This document shows, piece by piece, positions 1 to 8,075 of a stretch of DNA of 64,000 bases. A program made the position numbers and the translations under genes. Under the pieces are notes generated by a model that was not told where the DNA came from, ran no database searches, and saw nothing but the letters and a program-made list of their open reading frames with translations. Position 1 is the first letter of the stretch. Each line of letters starts with the position of its first letter. Source of the stretch: Escherichia phage LHE83; sequence record OQ561750, one strand, 5' to 3'.

Positions 1-144
1 CTGCGAGGCACTCGTAGTAATGTCGGAATTTTCTTCCTTAATCTCCTGTTAGGCTGGACGATGATTGGTTGGGTAGTGGCTTTAATCTGGGCTATCGTCG
101 CTGAACGTAAATCAAACGCACAAATCATTATTGTTAAGCAATGA
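1..144 (+). CDS. C-terminal fragment of a small hydrophobic protein (5' end outside window)
   Basis: Open frame from window edge to TAA at 142-144; hydrophobic stretch LLLGWTMIGWVVALIWAIVA; lies in the imm-region position of T4-type maps. Confidence 0.4.
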   Translation: MRGTRSNVGIFFLNLLLGWTMIGWVVALIWAIVAERKSNAQIIIVKQ

Positions 145-285
145 AAATAATTATTTTATTTCTTATAATGACTGCCTTTACCATTTATTGGGCAGTGGCA
201 ATTCCGCCAATGATTCCGACACTCATCATTGGATGGATTATTCTTATAGCACAAATTAAGTATAACTGTTTTAATTGAGGATATT

Positions 286-786
286 ATGAAAAAGTTAATT
301 ATCGCAATGAGTATGCTCCTATCAGGTTGCGCGGTCCAATATGGTGATACAGTTTCGGCTGATGAAGTTGGTAAAGCTCGTATCGCAGCTGAACAGAAAC
401 AATTCGATGGCGAAATGAAATTCCGTGCAGGTTCTGGACTTGTGTACACCCGAGCTAATAATCAATGCGGTAATAACTGTGCAAAATATGCTCAACAAGA
501 AATCGAATTCCAACGTGAACAAGAGTCCAAGCGTGAAGCGGTACTAGCCAAACACCAGGCAGAAATGAAGCGTCAAGATGATTTGTACAAAAAGCAGAAA
601 CTGTATGCGATGTGCGTAAACCATATCAATCTACAGATTTCCATCCACGAGGCTCGTTATTACGAAATGCTCGAAACCGAGAGCTTCGGTAAAGCTCGTG
701 ATTATAAGAAACAAATCGATAAGCTCAAGACCAAAGCACCGGCGGCAATAGAACAGTGTATTGAAATCGGTAAAGATAAGATTTAA
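286..786 (+). CDS. predicted lipoprotein, unknown function
   Basis: Signal peptide with lipobox LLSGC; SD GAGGA 6 nt upstream of ATG. Confidence 0.6.
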   Translation: MKKLIIAMSMLLSGCAVQYGDTVSADEVGKARIAAEQKQFDGEMKFRAGSGLVYTRANNQCGNNCAKYAQQEIEFQREQESKREAVLAKHQAEMKRQDDLYKKQKLYAMCVNHINLQISIHEARYYEMLETESFGKARDYKKQIDKLKTKAPAAIEQCIEIGKDKI

Positions 787-846
787 GCAATACCAATTTA
801 TTAAAAATAGTGTATAATGTACCTACATTCACTTGAGGAACAGATA

Positions 847-2520
847 ATGAAAAAGGTTGTTATTTTAGGCGCGGGTCTTGGCTCACGGTTGTATCCAATT
901 ACCAACGAAATCCCGAAGGTACTGGTTAACTACAAACAACATACTGTATTAAAACATTTGTATGATTTGTATAGTAATCAATCAGATGAAATTATTCTGG
1001 TTATTCACAGCAAATTTAACGACCTCGTTAAAGGCTATATTAAATCCATTAACATGATTAATAGTGATAAGCCTAAATTCACTATTCGTAACGTTGATGT
1101 TGCCAATGGTTCGGCTCATGCTATCGATTGCATTGCCGAAGATATCATTGGGCACAATGTCTTGTTTAACTGGTGTGATATTATTCCTGAAGGTCATAAA
1201 GTTGAGTGGGATAACGACTACTGTTATACCTATGGGACCGACTGTCGTTTTACATTTGAAGAACCGTACTTGCGTGAAATTGGTACCGGTGGTGGCGTAG
1301 TTGGCTTGTATCAGGTGGCTAATTGGACAGGTTTCGACCGTTCTAATTATGGTGAAGACCTTGCTGACAACCTGGATTCAATGGTCCATTTGACTGAACG
1401 TAAGTTAGACTTTGTAGTTGATGTTGGTGACAAACTGAAACTGGCTAAGGCCCATGAAGATTCTGAAATTAACCGTGAATTTAATAAATTAGAGTTCACT
1501 GAGAATCTAGCTATTAAAGTACCTACAAACGAATTAGGTAAAGAAATCCAATCTAAAGAAATCAATTGGTACAATTCTATTGATTCTGAATTCGTTCCTA
1601 GCATTGTAGACTTTGCTCCAGGTGAATTCATTAAAATGGAACGTATCTTTGGTCGAACCATGGCAGATGCCTACCGGTTTATGTCTAAAGAAACTAAAGT
1701 CCTAATGGTTTATAAGGTTATTAGTGCATTACGTTCGTTCGGTGGAACTATCGATAATCCGTCCGATGAGCAATGGTATTCTGATGTTAAGAAAGAAGTA
1801 TTGGACAAGGTCCTTATTCGTAATGCTTCTATTGCCGGATTGATTGAAGGCTTTGCTCCACAGGGTATTACCCATGTTAACGACTTCAAGGTAGGCGACC
1901 CAGAAAAACTTCTTCGTCACGCCTTAGAAATTCTGTCTGAACATAAAGAACCGTACCAACTTATTCATGGCGACCCGCACTACAGTAATATTATGTTGTC
2001 GGACGAAGGTAATATTAAAATCATCGACCCACGTGGTTATTTTGGTAATAGTTCTAAAGGCCCTGCGATTTATGATGAAGCTAAGGTGCTTTATTCTATC
2101 GATGGTTATGACAAATTTAACTCTGACCCTCTATGGGGTGGCTTAACTCGTAACGGAACTCGTGTATTCGTTGATATTGAAAAGGTTATGCCTTTAGATG
2201 ATATTCCGATGTGTACATTTAAGCACAAGCTCTGGATTGCCGTTATTTGGATGGCATTGGCAGGTTACTTTAAAAATAACCCTCTGAAAGCTCTGGGCGC
2301 TTATTACAATGGGCTATATCAACTGAGTGTGCTGCTGAAGCGGCATCCTCGTAAGCGTAAGCTTATCACAGGTGAATTCGTTGATGAAGTTCGCGACCCT
2401 ATCACGGCTCAAATTATCACTCGTTGTCCTGATAAGTGGGTTTTGCTTGACCAGGAAACTGGTGTAAAATATAAACCTACAGGTTCTACCGAACTCCACA
2501 AACAATGGAAGAAAATTTAA
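847..2520 (+). CDS. bifunctional sugar-1-phosphate nucleotidyltransferase / APH-like (anomeric sugar or choline-type) kinase
   Basis: N-terminal glycine-rich loop GAGLGSRLYPIT typical of GlmU/RmlA/MurU/LicC-type nucleotidyltransferases; C-terminal HGDPHYSNIM...IIDPRGY kinase motifs (APH/ChoK fold); start chosen at 847 (SD GAGGA), ORF-track start 817 lies inside the TATAAT. Confidence 0.75.
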   Translation: MKKVVILGAGLGSRLYPITNEIPKVLVNYKQHTVLKHLYDLYSNQSDEIILVIHSKFNDLVKGYIKSINMINSDKPKFTIRNVDVANGSAHAIDCIAEDIIGHNVLFNWCDIIPEGHKVEWDNDYCYTYGTDCRFTFEEPYLREIGTGGGVVGLYQVANWTGFDRSNYGEDLADNLDSMVHLTERKLDFVVDVGDKLKLAKAHEDSEINREFNKLEFTENLAIKVPTNELGKEIQSKEINWYNSIDSEFVPSIVDFAPGEFIKMERIFGRTMADAYRFMSKETKVLMVYKVISALRSFGGTIDNPSDEQWYSDVKKEVLDKVLIRNASIAGLIEGFAPQGITHVNDFKVGDPEKLLRHALEILSEHKEPYQLIHGDPHYSNIMLSDEGNIKIIDPRGYFGNSSKGPAIYDEAKVLYSIDGYDKFNSDPLWGGLTRNGTRVFVDIEKVMPLDDIPMCTFKHKLWIAVIWMALAGYFKNNPLKALGAYYNGLYQLSVLLKRHPRKRKLITGEFVDEVRDPITAQIITRCPDKWVLLDQETGVKYKPTGSTELHKQWKKI

Positions 2521-2879
2521 TGCATCTGTGTTTTGATATCGATAATACCATTACTCACTGGCAAGATGACCGTGATTACGAAAACTTTAAACCGGACACC
2601 GAAATGGTGTCCATGATTAATAAGCTTTATGATGAAGGGTACGAGATTACCTTGTTCACTGCCCGTGGTATGACTTCATGCGGCCCGGGTCGAATCTTGG
2701 TTGAAGTAGTTCCTGCATTAGTTAAGAACCTTGAAAAGATTGGATTGAAATATCACAATCTGCTTACACATAAGCCGAGTTATACTTTTATCATCGATGA
2801 CCGAGCAATCCGTCCTGACCACTTTAAAGAAATGGTTCGTGAAGGAACTCTTGAAACCTATAAGGCATATCATCCGTGA
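2520..2879 (+). CDS. HAD-superfamily phosphatase (small, capless type)
   Basis: Motif I FDIDNTIT near N-terminus, downstream T/K/DD motifs; TAATG overlap with previous gene (alternative start 2505). Confidence 0.7.
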   Translation: MHLCFDIDNTITHWQDDRDYENFKPDTEMVSMINKLYDEGYEITLFTARGMTSCGPGRILVEVVPALVKNLEKIGLKYHNLLTHKPSYTFIIDDRAIRPDHFKEMVREGTLETYKAYHP

Positions 2880-3412
2880 AACCAAAAATCATTGTTATCG
2901 ACGGCCCGGATAATTCCGGGAAGTCTACTTTAATTGAATCACTTTTATCTGATAAGAAATATCGTCTTATTGATTTCCCTAAAAAGATTAATGGCAAATG
3001 CATTTCATTAGGGACCGATAATGACAAGGCTTTAGTCGAGACGTTGTATAAGTTTTTAGACCCTAATTTCGTTTACATCCTTGACCGTGGTTATCCAAGT
3101 AATATTGTTTACTCGGGATTCCTTCGCGGTGAAATGGACCCTTATGTAGAACTGGAAGATTGGAAAAGGTTTAAATCTGAATTCAATATTATTGAGGTTA
3201 TTTTAACCCGTAATCCACTGGATAAAGACTTTGAAGATGACCTTATTAAATTAACCAAAGATGAGTTCAACCTAACTATCCGGCAATATGAAACATGTTT
3301 TGAAAACGTGTTTAAAATCTTAAATCACGACGGCCATAATAACTTGCTTAACGTCGATATGGTAGAATTAAAACGTCTGAATGAATATATTGAAAATAAG
3401 GTGAATAAATGA
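2876..3412 (+). CDS. thymidylate-kinase-like P-loop nucleotide kinase
   Basis: Walker A IVIDGPDNSGKST and DRGYPSNIVYSG resembling Tmk P-loop and DRxxxS..AYQG motifs; GTG start overlapping upstream stop (GTGA). Confidence 0.65.
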   Translation: MKPKIIVIDGPDNSGKSTLIESLLSDKKYRLIDFPKKINGKCISLGTDNDKALVETLYKFLDPNFVYILDRGYPSNIVYSGFLRGEMDPYVELEDWKRFKSEFNIIEVILTRNPLDKDFEDDLIKLTKDEFNLTIRQYETCFENVFKILNHDGHNNLLNVDMVELKRLNEYIENKVNK

Positions 3413-4107
3413 AACACATTACCGCTGTTAGTTTTGAAAACGCGTTTAAGCAAATGAACGAAGAAATCCTGGAAGCTCCACAGTTTGCAGTTGATTCTCG
3501 TATCGGCCGTTGTTATGAAATTGGTTCTGCTTCGGTAGAAGTACTGGATGCAAGCACCTATAAATTCACCGACCCTCGTATTAATCGTATCAACTATGAT
3601 TATGCCGAATCTTTCTGGAAGTTTATGATTTCTGGTGGTACTGACGCCGCCGAAGCATTTAAGGAATACCCTAATGTTGCTAAGTTCATTGATAAGCCGA
3701 AAAGTGACGTATTGCCTGCAAACTTCAACACTTTCTATGGACCTAGAATTGTGGCCCAACTCCCAGCCTTACTTAAAGAGCTTAAAGAGAAGCCTAACTC
3801 AAGACGAGTTGTGTTCCAAATTCTCCAAGAACAAGACCAAGCCCTCCTTGATTCTGACGAATCCTTAGAATATCCATGTACTGATTCAGTGACATATTAT
3901 ATTCGTGATGGACGTCTTTATGCACATACCCATATGCGTTCACAGAACTGTGCTATTGTTATGCAGCTGGATTTCTATCTGCAGGGTAAACTGATGGCCT
4001 TTATTGCTGAACAGTGTGGTGTTGGTCTGGGTACGTATTCCCATACTATGGTTAGTGCACACGTATTTGAACGTGATTTTGACTACGTTCGAGGATTCCT
4101 GAAATGA
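3409..4107 (+). CDS. thymidylate-synthase-fold enzyme, dCMP hydroxymethylase-like (divergent gene 42 homologue)
   Basis: SRRVVF, catalytic Cys in EYPCTD, HMRSQN and Asp (QLDFY) at the position of the TS specificity Asn as in T4 dCMP hydroxymethylase; only distant similarity to T4 gp42 by eye; ATGA overlap with upstream gene. Confidence 0.75.
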   Translation: MKHITAVSFENAFKQMNEEILEAPQFAVDSRIGRCYEIGSASVEVLDASTYKFTDPRINRINYDYAESFWKFMISGGTDAAEAFKEYPNVAKFIDKPKSDVLPANFNTFYGPRIVAQLPALLKELKEKPNSRRVVFQILQEQDQALLDSDESLEYPCTDSVTYYIRDGRLYAHTHMRSQNCAIVMQLDFYLQGKLMAFIAEQCGVGLGTYSHTMVSAHVFERDFDYVRGFLK

Positions 4108-4997
4108 GTTTGTTTATCGTTCCTATTTTCAGTATGCGTAGTTACGAAACAGGTGAATATGCCGTCCTTAAGGACGGTAATTTTCAACTCCATTTAAACC
4201 GTGCTTGCCCAGGTGATTATCTGGCTTATCCTAGAAATTCGAGCGATATCAAAGAATGCATTGAATTATTTCCTGAACTGAATTTTGTACCTCTTTGGTA
4301 TAAAGAAAATGCTTATGAAACTCGTAAACATTTTTGGTCTGAAAATGAGTTCGTTGTTGATTCGTTAATCGAATACTATGACTGCTCAGGATTGGTAACC
4401 GATATCACAGGTTATGATGGTGCTCATACCGTACAATTCAACTTTAACATTACAATGGACCCTGAAGTTCCTCGTTATTACATCGATGAGTTTATTGATA
4501 CCGACGTGGGTTCAGTTGAACGTTCGATTTATACCACAGTCCTGAATCAATGCCAGAAAGACGTCCTGGTGTCACGAGGTGCGTCCTCTGATAAGATTTT
4601 TGTAGACCAAAAGGTAATTAATCCGGCAGTAATTGAGCGTTACTCTGAAGGCCTAGCGCCTATTAAAATTGATGGTATTTTCCATCCATTCCGTATCTCT
4701 GATAAATGTTATCAATTCGAAAGAGTTGTAGACCAAGCTGCGGCTGAAGGTTCTCGCCTTTATATCACCGATCCGAATGATTCATTTAAGCGTGAAGACT
4801 ATCGTCCTGATGTAGAGATTATTAAATTCAAACCGAGTAAGGTTGAATATTATCAGATTCTGAAATCAAGACCTCATATCATTTATCATGAGAATCCCAG
4901 TTTAGTATTTCATCCTGGTCTAGCTGAATTCATTTATTTCGGTGCCCATATCCATTCTGAGCACGAAATGCCAAGTTATGAGGACGTGGTCCTTTAA
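4104..4997 (+). CDS. hypothetical protein at the beta-gt position (candidate DNA-modifying transferase)
   Basis: 297-aa ORF, ATGA-coupled to the 42-like gene and immediately upstream of uvsX; no motif recognised. Confidence 0.5.
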   Translation: MSLFIVPIFSMRSYETGEYAVLKDGNFQLHLNRACPGDYLAYPRNSSDIKECIELFPELNFVPLWYKENAYETRKHFWSENEFVVDSLIEYYDCSGLVTDITGYDGAHTVQFNFNITMDPEVPRYYIDEFIDTDVGSVERSIYTTVLNQCQKDVLVSRGASSDKIFVDQKVINPAVIERYSEGLAPIKIDGIFHPFRISDKCYQFERVVDQAAAEGSRLYITDPNDSFKREDYRPDVEIIKFKPSKVEYYQILKSRPHIIYHENPSLVFHPGLAEFIYFGAHIHSEHEMPSYEDVVL

Positions 4998-5074
4998 CGC
5001 TGTAAATGTGAAGTGATATAATTACCCTATCTTAAAACGTGAGTAAAATATAATGATGCCTATGGAAAAATATA

Positions 5075-6247
5075 ATGTCTGATTTAAAATCCCGTTTGAT
5101 TAAAGCTTCTACTTCTAAAATGACTGCCGACCTGACCAAATCTAAATTGTTTAATGGTCGTGACGAAGTTCCTACTCGTATCCCTATGCTGAATATTGCA
5201 TTAGGCGGTGCGTTGAATGCAGGCTTACAATCAGGTTTGACAATCTTTGCTGCTCCATCTAAACACTTTAAAACGTTGTTTGGACTTACCATGGTTGCGG
5301 CATATATGAAGAAATATCCAGACGCAATTTGTTTGTTCTACGACTCTGAGTTTGGTGCTTCAGAATCTTATTTCCGTTCGATGGGTGTTGATTTAGAACG
5401 TGTGGTTCATACACCAATCCAGTCAGTCGAACAGCTTAAAGTTGATATGACCAACCAATTAGAAGAAATTACTCGTGGCGAAAAGGTTATTATCTTTATC
5501 GACTCCATCGGTAACACTGCTTCTAAGAAAGAAACCGAAGATGCTTTGAACGAGAAAGTTGTAGGTGATATGACTCGTGCTAAATCACTGAAATCTCTGT
5601 TCCGTATCGTAACACCTTATCTGACCATCAAGGATATCCCTTGTGTAGCAATTAACCACACGGCTATGGAAATTGGTGGAATGTACCCTAAAGAGATTAT
5701 GGGTGGTGGTACTGGTATTCTGTACTCTGCTTCTACCGTGTTCTTTATCTCTAAACGTCAGGTTAAAGATGGTACTGAGCTCACTGGTTATGACTTCACA
5801 CTGAAGGCCGAGAAATCTCGTACGGTTAAAGAGAAATCAACGTTCCCGATTACAGTGAACTTCGAAGGTGGTATCGACCCATTCAGTGGATTGCTTGAAA
5901 TGGCTACTGATATTGGCTTTGTCGTGAAACCTAAAGCTGGCTGGTATAATCGTGCATTCCTTGACGAAACCACAGGCGAAATGGTTCAAGAAGAAAAAGC
6001 ATGGCGTGCTAAAGCTACTGATTGTGTTGAGTTCTGGGGACCACTGTTTAAACATGCTCCGTTCCGTGAAGCAATCGAGAATAAGTATAAGCTTGGTGCA
6101 ATTAATTCTATTAAAGAAGTTGACGATGCGGTTAATGACCTTATTAACTCTCGTGTCTCTAAGAACGTTGCTGTTAAATTAGGTGGTAATGCCCAAAGCG
6201 CCGCTGATATCGAAAACGATTTGGAAGAGATGGATTTAGATGACTGA
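5075..6247 (+). CDS. uvsX: UvsX RecA-like recombinase
   Basis: N-terminus MSDLKSRLIKASTSK... and RecA core closely match T4 UvsX by recollection. Confidence 0.95.
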   Translation: MSDLKSRLIKASTSKMTADLTKSKLFNGRDEVPTRIPMLNIALGGALNAGLQSGLTIFAAPSKHFKTLFGLTMVAAYMKKYPDAICLFYDSEFGASESYFRSMGVDLERVVHTPIQSVEQLKVDMTNQLEEITRGEKVIIFIDSIGNTASKKETEDALNEKVVGDMTRAKSLKSLFRIVTPYLTIKDIPCVAINHTAMEIGGMYPKEIMGGGTGILYSASTVFFISKRQVKDGTELTGYDFTLKAEKSRTVKEKSTFPITVNFEGGIDPFSGLLEMATDIGFVVKPKAGWYNRAFLDETTGEMVQEEKAWRAKATDCVEFWGPLFKHAPFREAIENKYKLGAINSIKEVDDAVNDLINSRVSKNVAVKLGGNAQSAADIENDLEEMDLDD

Positions 6248-6569
6248 TTTATCTGATTTAGATAATTTCGTTAAAGATACCGAAGAGGGTCCTAGTGACC
6301 CTCGTTATTATGAGAAATCGTTAGATATAATCCGTAAGTCAATGGGGTCTGTTAAGCAGGAAATTATGCTTACTTTACCCGATGGCACTGCTCACATCGT
6401 TTATGTGATGAATATTGTTATTGAGAAAGATGGAAAAGTGTCGGTTGATTTCGGAACACCTTCCGAAGACCGAAAAGAAGAGCTAGCGCTTCATGTAGAA
6501 AAATGTGTTACAATGCAAATACAAGAAGAACTGGATAAAATTAAATCTAAGAGGTGGTGGAAGTGGTAG
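6240..6569 (+). CDS. 40: gp40-like head vertex assembly chaperone
   Basis: Size and position between uvsX and 41 as in T4. Confidence 0.6.
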   Translation: MTDLSDLDNFVKDTEEGPSDPRYYEKSLDIIRKSMGSVKQEIMLTLPDGTAHIVYVMNIVIEKDGKVSVDFGTPSEDRKEELALHVEKCVTMQIQEELDKIKSKRWWKW

Positions 6570-7993
6570 AAACTATTTTGGCTCAACTGCTAGGCAATAG
6601 TGATTATTTCACTAAGGTCTGGCCTTATATGAATGATTCTTATTTTGACCAGGGTCCTGCAAAGACCCTTTTCAAAGAAATTAAAAAACACGTCAATGAA
6701 TATAATGCAGTGCCTTCTAAGAACGCGCTGAGCATTGCATTAGATAACAGCACGCTTTCAGAAGTTGAACACCAAGGCGCTAAAGAGCTTTTAAGTTCAC
6801 TGAATGCCGGACCTGAAGACCAAGAATGGTTGGTTAAAGAGACGGAGAAATACGTTCAGAAAGCAGCGATGTATAATGCAACTTCAAAAATCATTGAAAT
6901 CCAAACTAATGCAGACCTTCCGGTTGAGCAACAAAATAGAAAACTTCCAGGTATTGGTGCTATTCCAGATATCATGCGTGATGCATTATCGATTTGTTTC
7001 GATTCTGAATTAGGTCATGACTGGATGGATGACTATGAAGAACGTTTCAAAAGTTATTCTGATAAAGCACGTAAGGTTCCGTTCCGTCTTAATATTCTGA
7101 ATAAGATTACCAAAGGTGGTGCCGAGTTTGGTACTGAAAACGTATTGTTGGCAGGAACAAACGTAGGTAAGTCTCTTGGTCTTTGTTCATTGGCTGCTGA
7201 TTATCTTCAATCTGGTTACGATGTTCTTTATATCTCCATGGAGATGGCAGAGGAAGTATGTGCTAAGCGTATCGATGCCAACCTTCTGGATGTGTCACTG
7301 GATGATATCGATGACGGCCATGTCTCTTGGCCTGAATATAAAGCTAAGATGGATAAATGGCGTTCAACTGCTACTTTAGGTCGTTTAAAGATTAAACAGT
7401 ACCCTACCGGTGGCGCTAATGCCGATACATTCCGTGCATTATTAAACGAATACAAACTCAAACAAAACTTTGTTCCACAGGTCGTTATCGTCGACTACTT
7501 GGCCATCTGTGCATCATCTCGTACGAAAGTTTTCTCTGAAAACAGTTACGGATTGATTAAGATGGTAGCCGAAGAACTACGTGGACTTGCAGTAGAAAAG
7601 AAATTATTGTTGTGGACTGCAGCCCAGACTACTCGTGGTGCGAACGTTGCAGCCGAAATCGATATGGCTGATATTGCTGAATCCTTTGGTATTGCACATA
7701 CTGCAGACTTCATGTTAGGTGTGGTCGAGACAGAAGAGTTTGCTCAGATGGGTATGCAGATGGTTAAGCAGCTTAAATCTCGTTATGGTGATAAGAGCTA
7801 CTACAACAAATTTAAGATTGGTGTTAAGAAAGGAAATCAACGTTGGTACGAAGTTGAAGACGATTCCAACCCAGGCCAGGTGAACACCGTTCGTGAGGCT
7901 ACAGGTGAGATGAATCGTCAAGCCGAGGTCAATCGACAGACGCTTGTTAATAGAAGTGATTTGGACGATTTAGCAGCATCTATCAAATTTTAA
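6554..7993 (+). CDS. 41: replicative DNA helicase gp41 (DnaB-like)
   Basis: 479 aa; Walker A AGTNVGKS; strong match to T4 gp41 by recollection. Confidence 0.95.
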   Translation: MVEVVETILAQLLGNSDYFTKVWPYMNDSYFDQGPAKTLFKEIKKHVNEYNAVPSKNALSIALDNSTLSEVEHQGAKELLSSLNAGPEDQEWLVKETEKYVQKAAMYNATSKIIEIQTNADLPVEQQNRKLPGIGAIPDIMRDALSICFDSELGHDWMDDYEERFKSYSDKARKVPFRLNILNKITKGGAEFGTENVLLAGTNVGKSLGLCSLAADYLQSGYDVLYISMEMAEEVCAKRIDANLLDVSLDDIDDGHVSWPEYKAKMDKWRSTATLGRLKIKQYPTGGANADTFRALLNEYKLKQNFVPQVVIVDYLAICASSRTKVFSENSYGLIKMVAEELRGLAVEKKLLLWTAAQTTRGANVAAEIDMADIAESFGIAHTADFMLGVVETEEFAQMGMQMVKQLKSRYGDKSYYNKFKIGVKKGNQRWYEVEDDSNPGQVNTVREATGEMNRQAEVNRQTLVNRSDLDDLAASIKF

Positions 7994-8014
7994 GGAGCTT
8001 CGGCTCCTTTTTTG
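7994..8014 (+). terminator. intrinsic terminator after gene 41 (GGAGC-UUCG-GCUCC + U-run)
   Basis: Perfect stem with UUCG tetraloop followed by TTTTTTG. Confidence 0.8.
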
Positions 8015-8022
8015 TTTTAAGG

Positions 8023-8051
8023 GTTTACATCTCCTGTAGGCGTGATACTAT
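8023..8051 (+). promoter_or_regulatory. early sigma70-type promoter (GTTTAC -35, 17 bp, TGaTACTAT extended -10)
   Basis: Consensus hexamers and spacing; followed by CCTATCAAC and SD/ATG at 8076. Confidence 0.7.
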
Positions 8052-8075
8052 AGACCTATCAACTTGGAGAACAAA

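Noticed and set aside
156-522. Minus-strand ORFs 156-449 and 322-522 overlapping the lipoprotein gene
   Set aside because: Fully contained within or antisense to a plus-strand gene with signal peptide and SD; no SD or promoter of their own; typical spurious antisense ORFs
817-846. ORF-track start at 817 for the kinase/nucleotidyltransferase gene (and similar N-terminal extensions at 8064, 12162, 18502, 32167, 45629, 56916, 59817, 61027, 61700)
   Set aside because: These upstream ATG/GTG/TTG codons lie inside promoter -10 elements or hairpins and lack an SD; downstream ATGs have good SDs and match T4 protein N-termini
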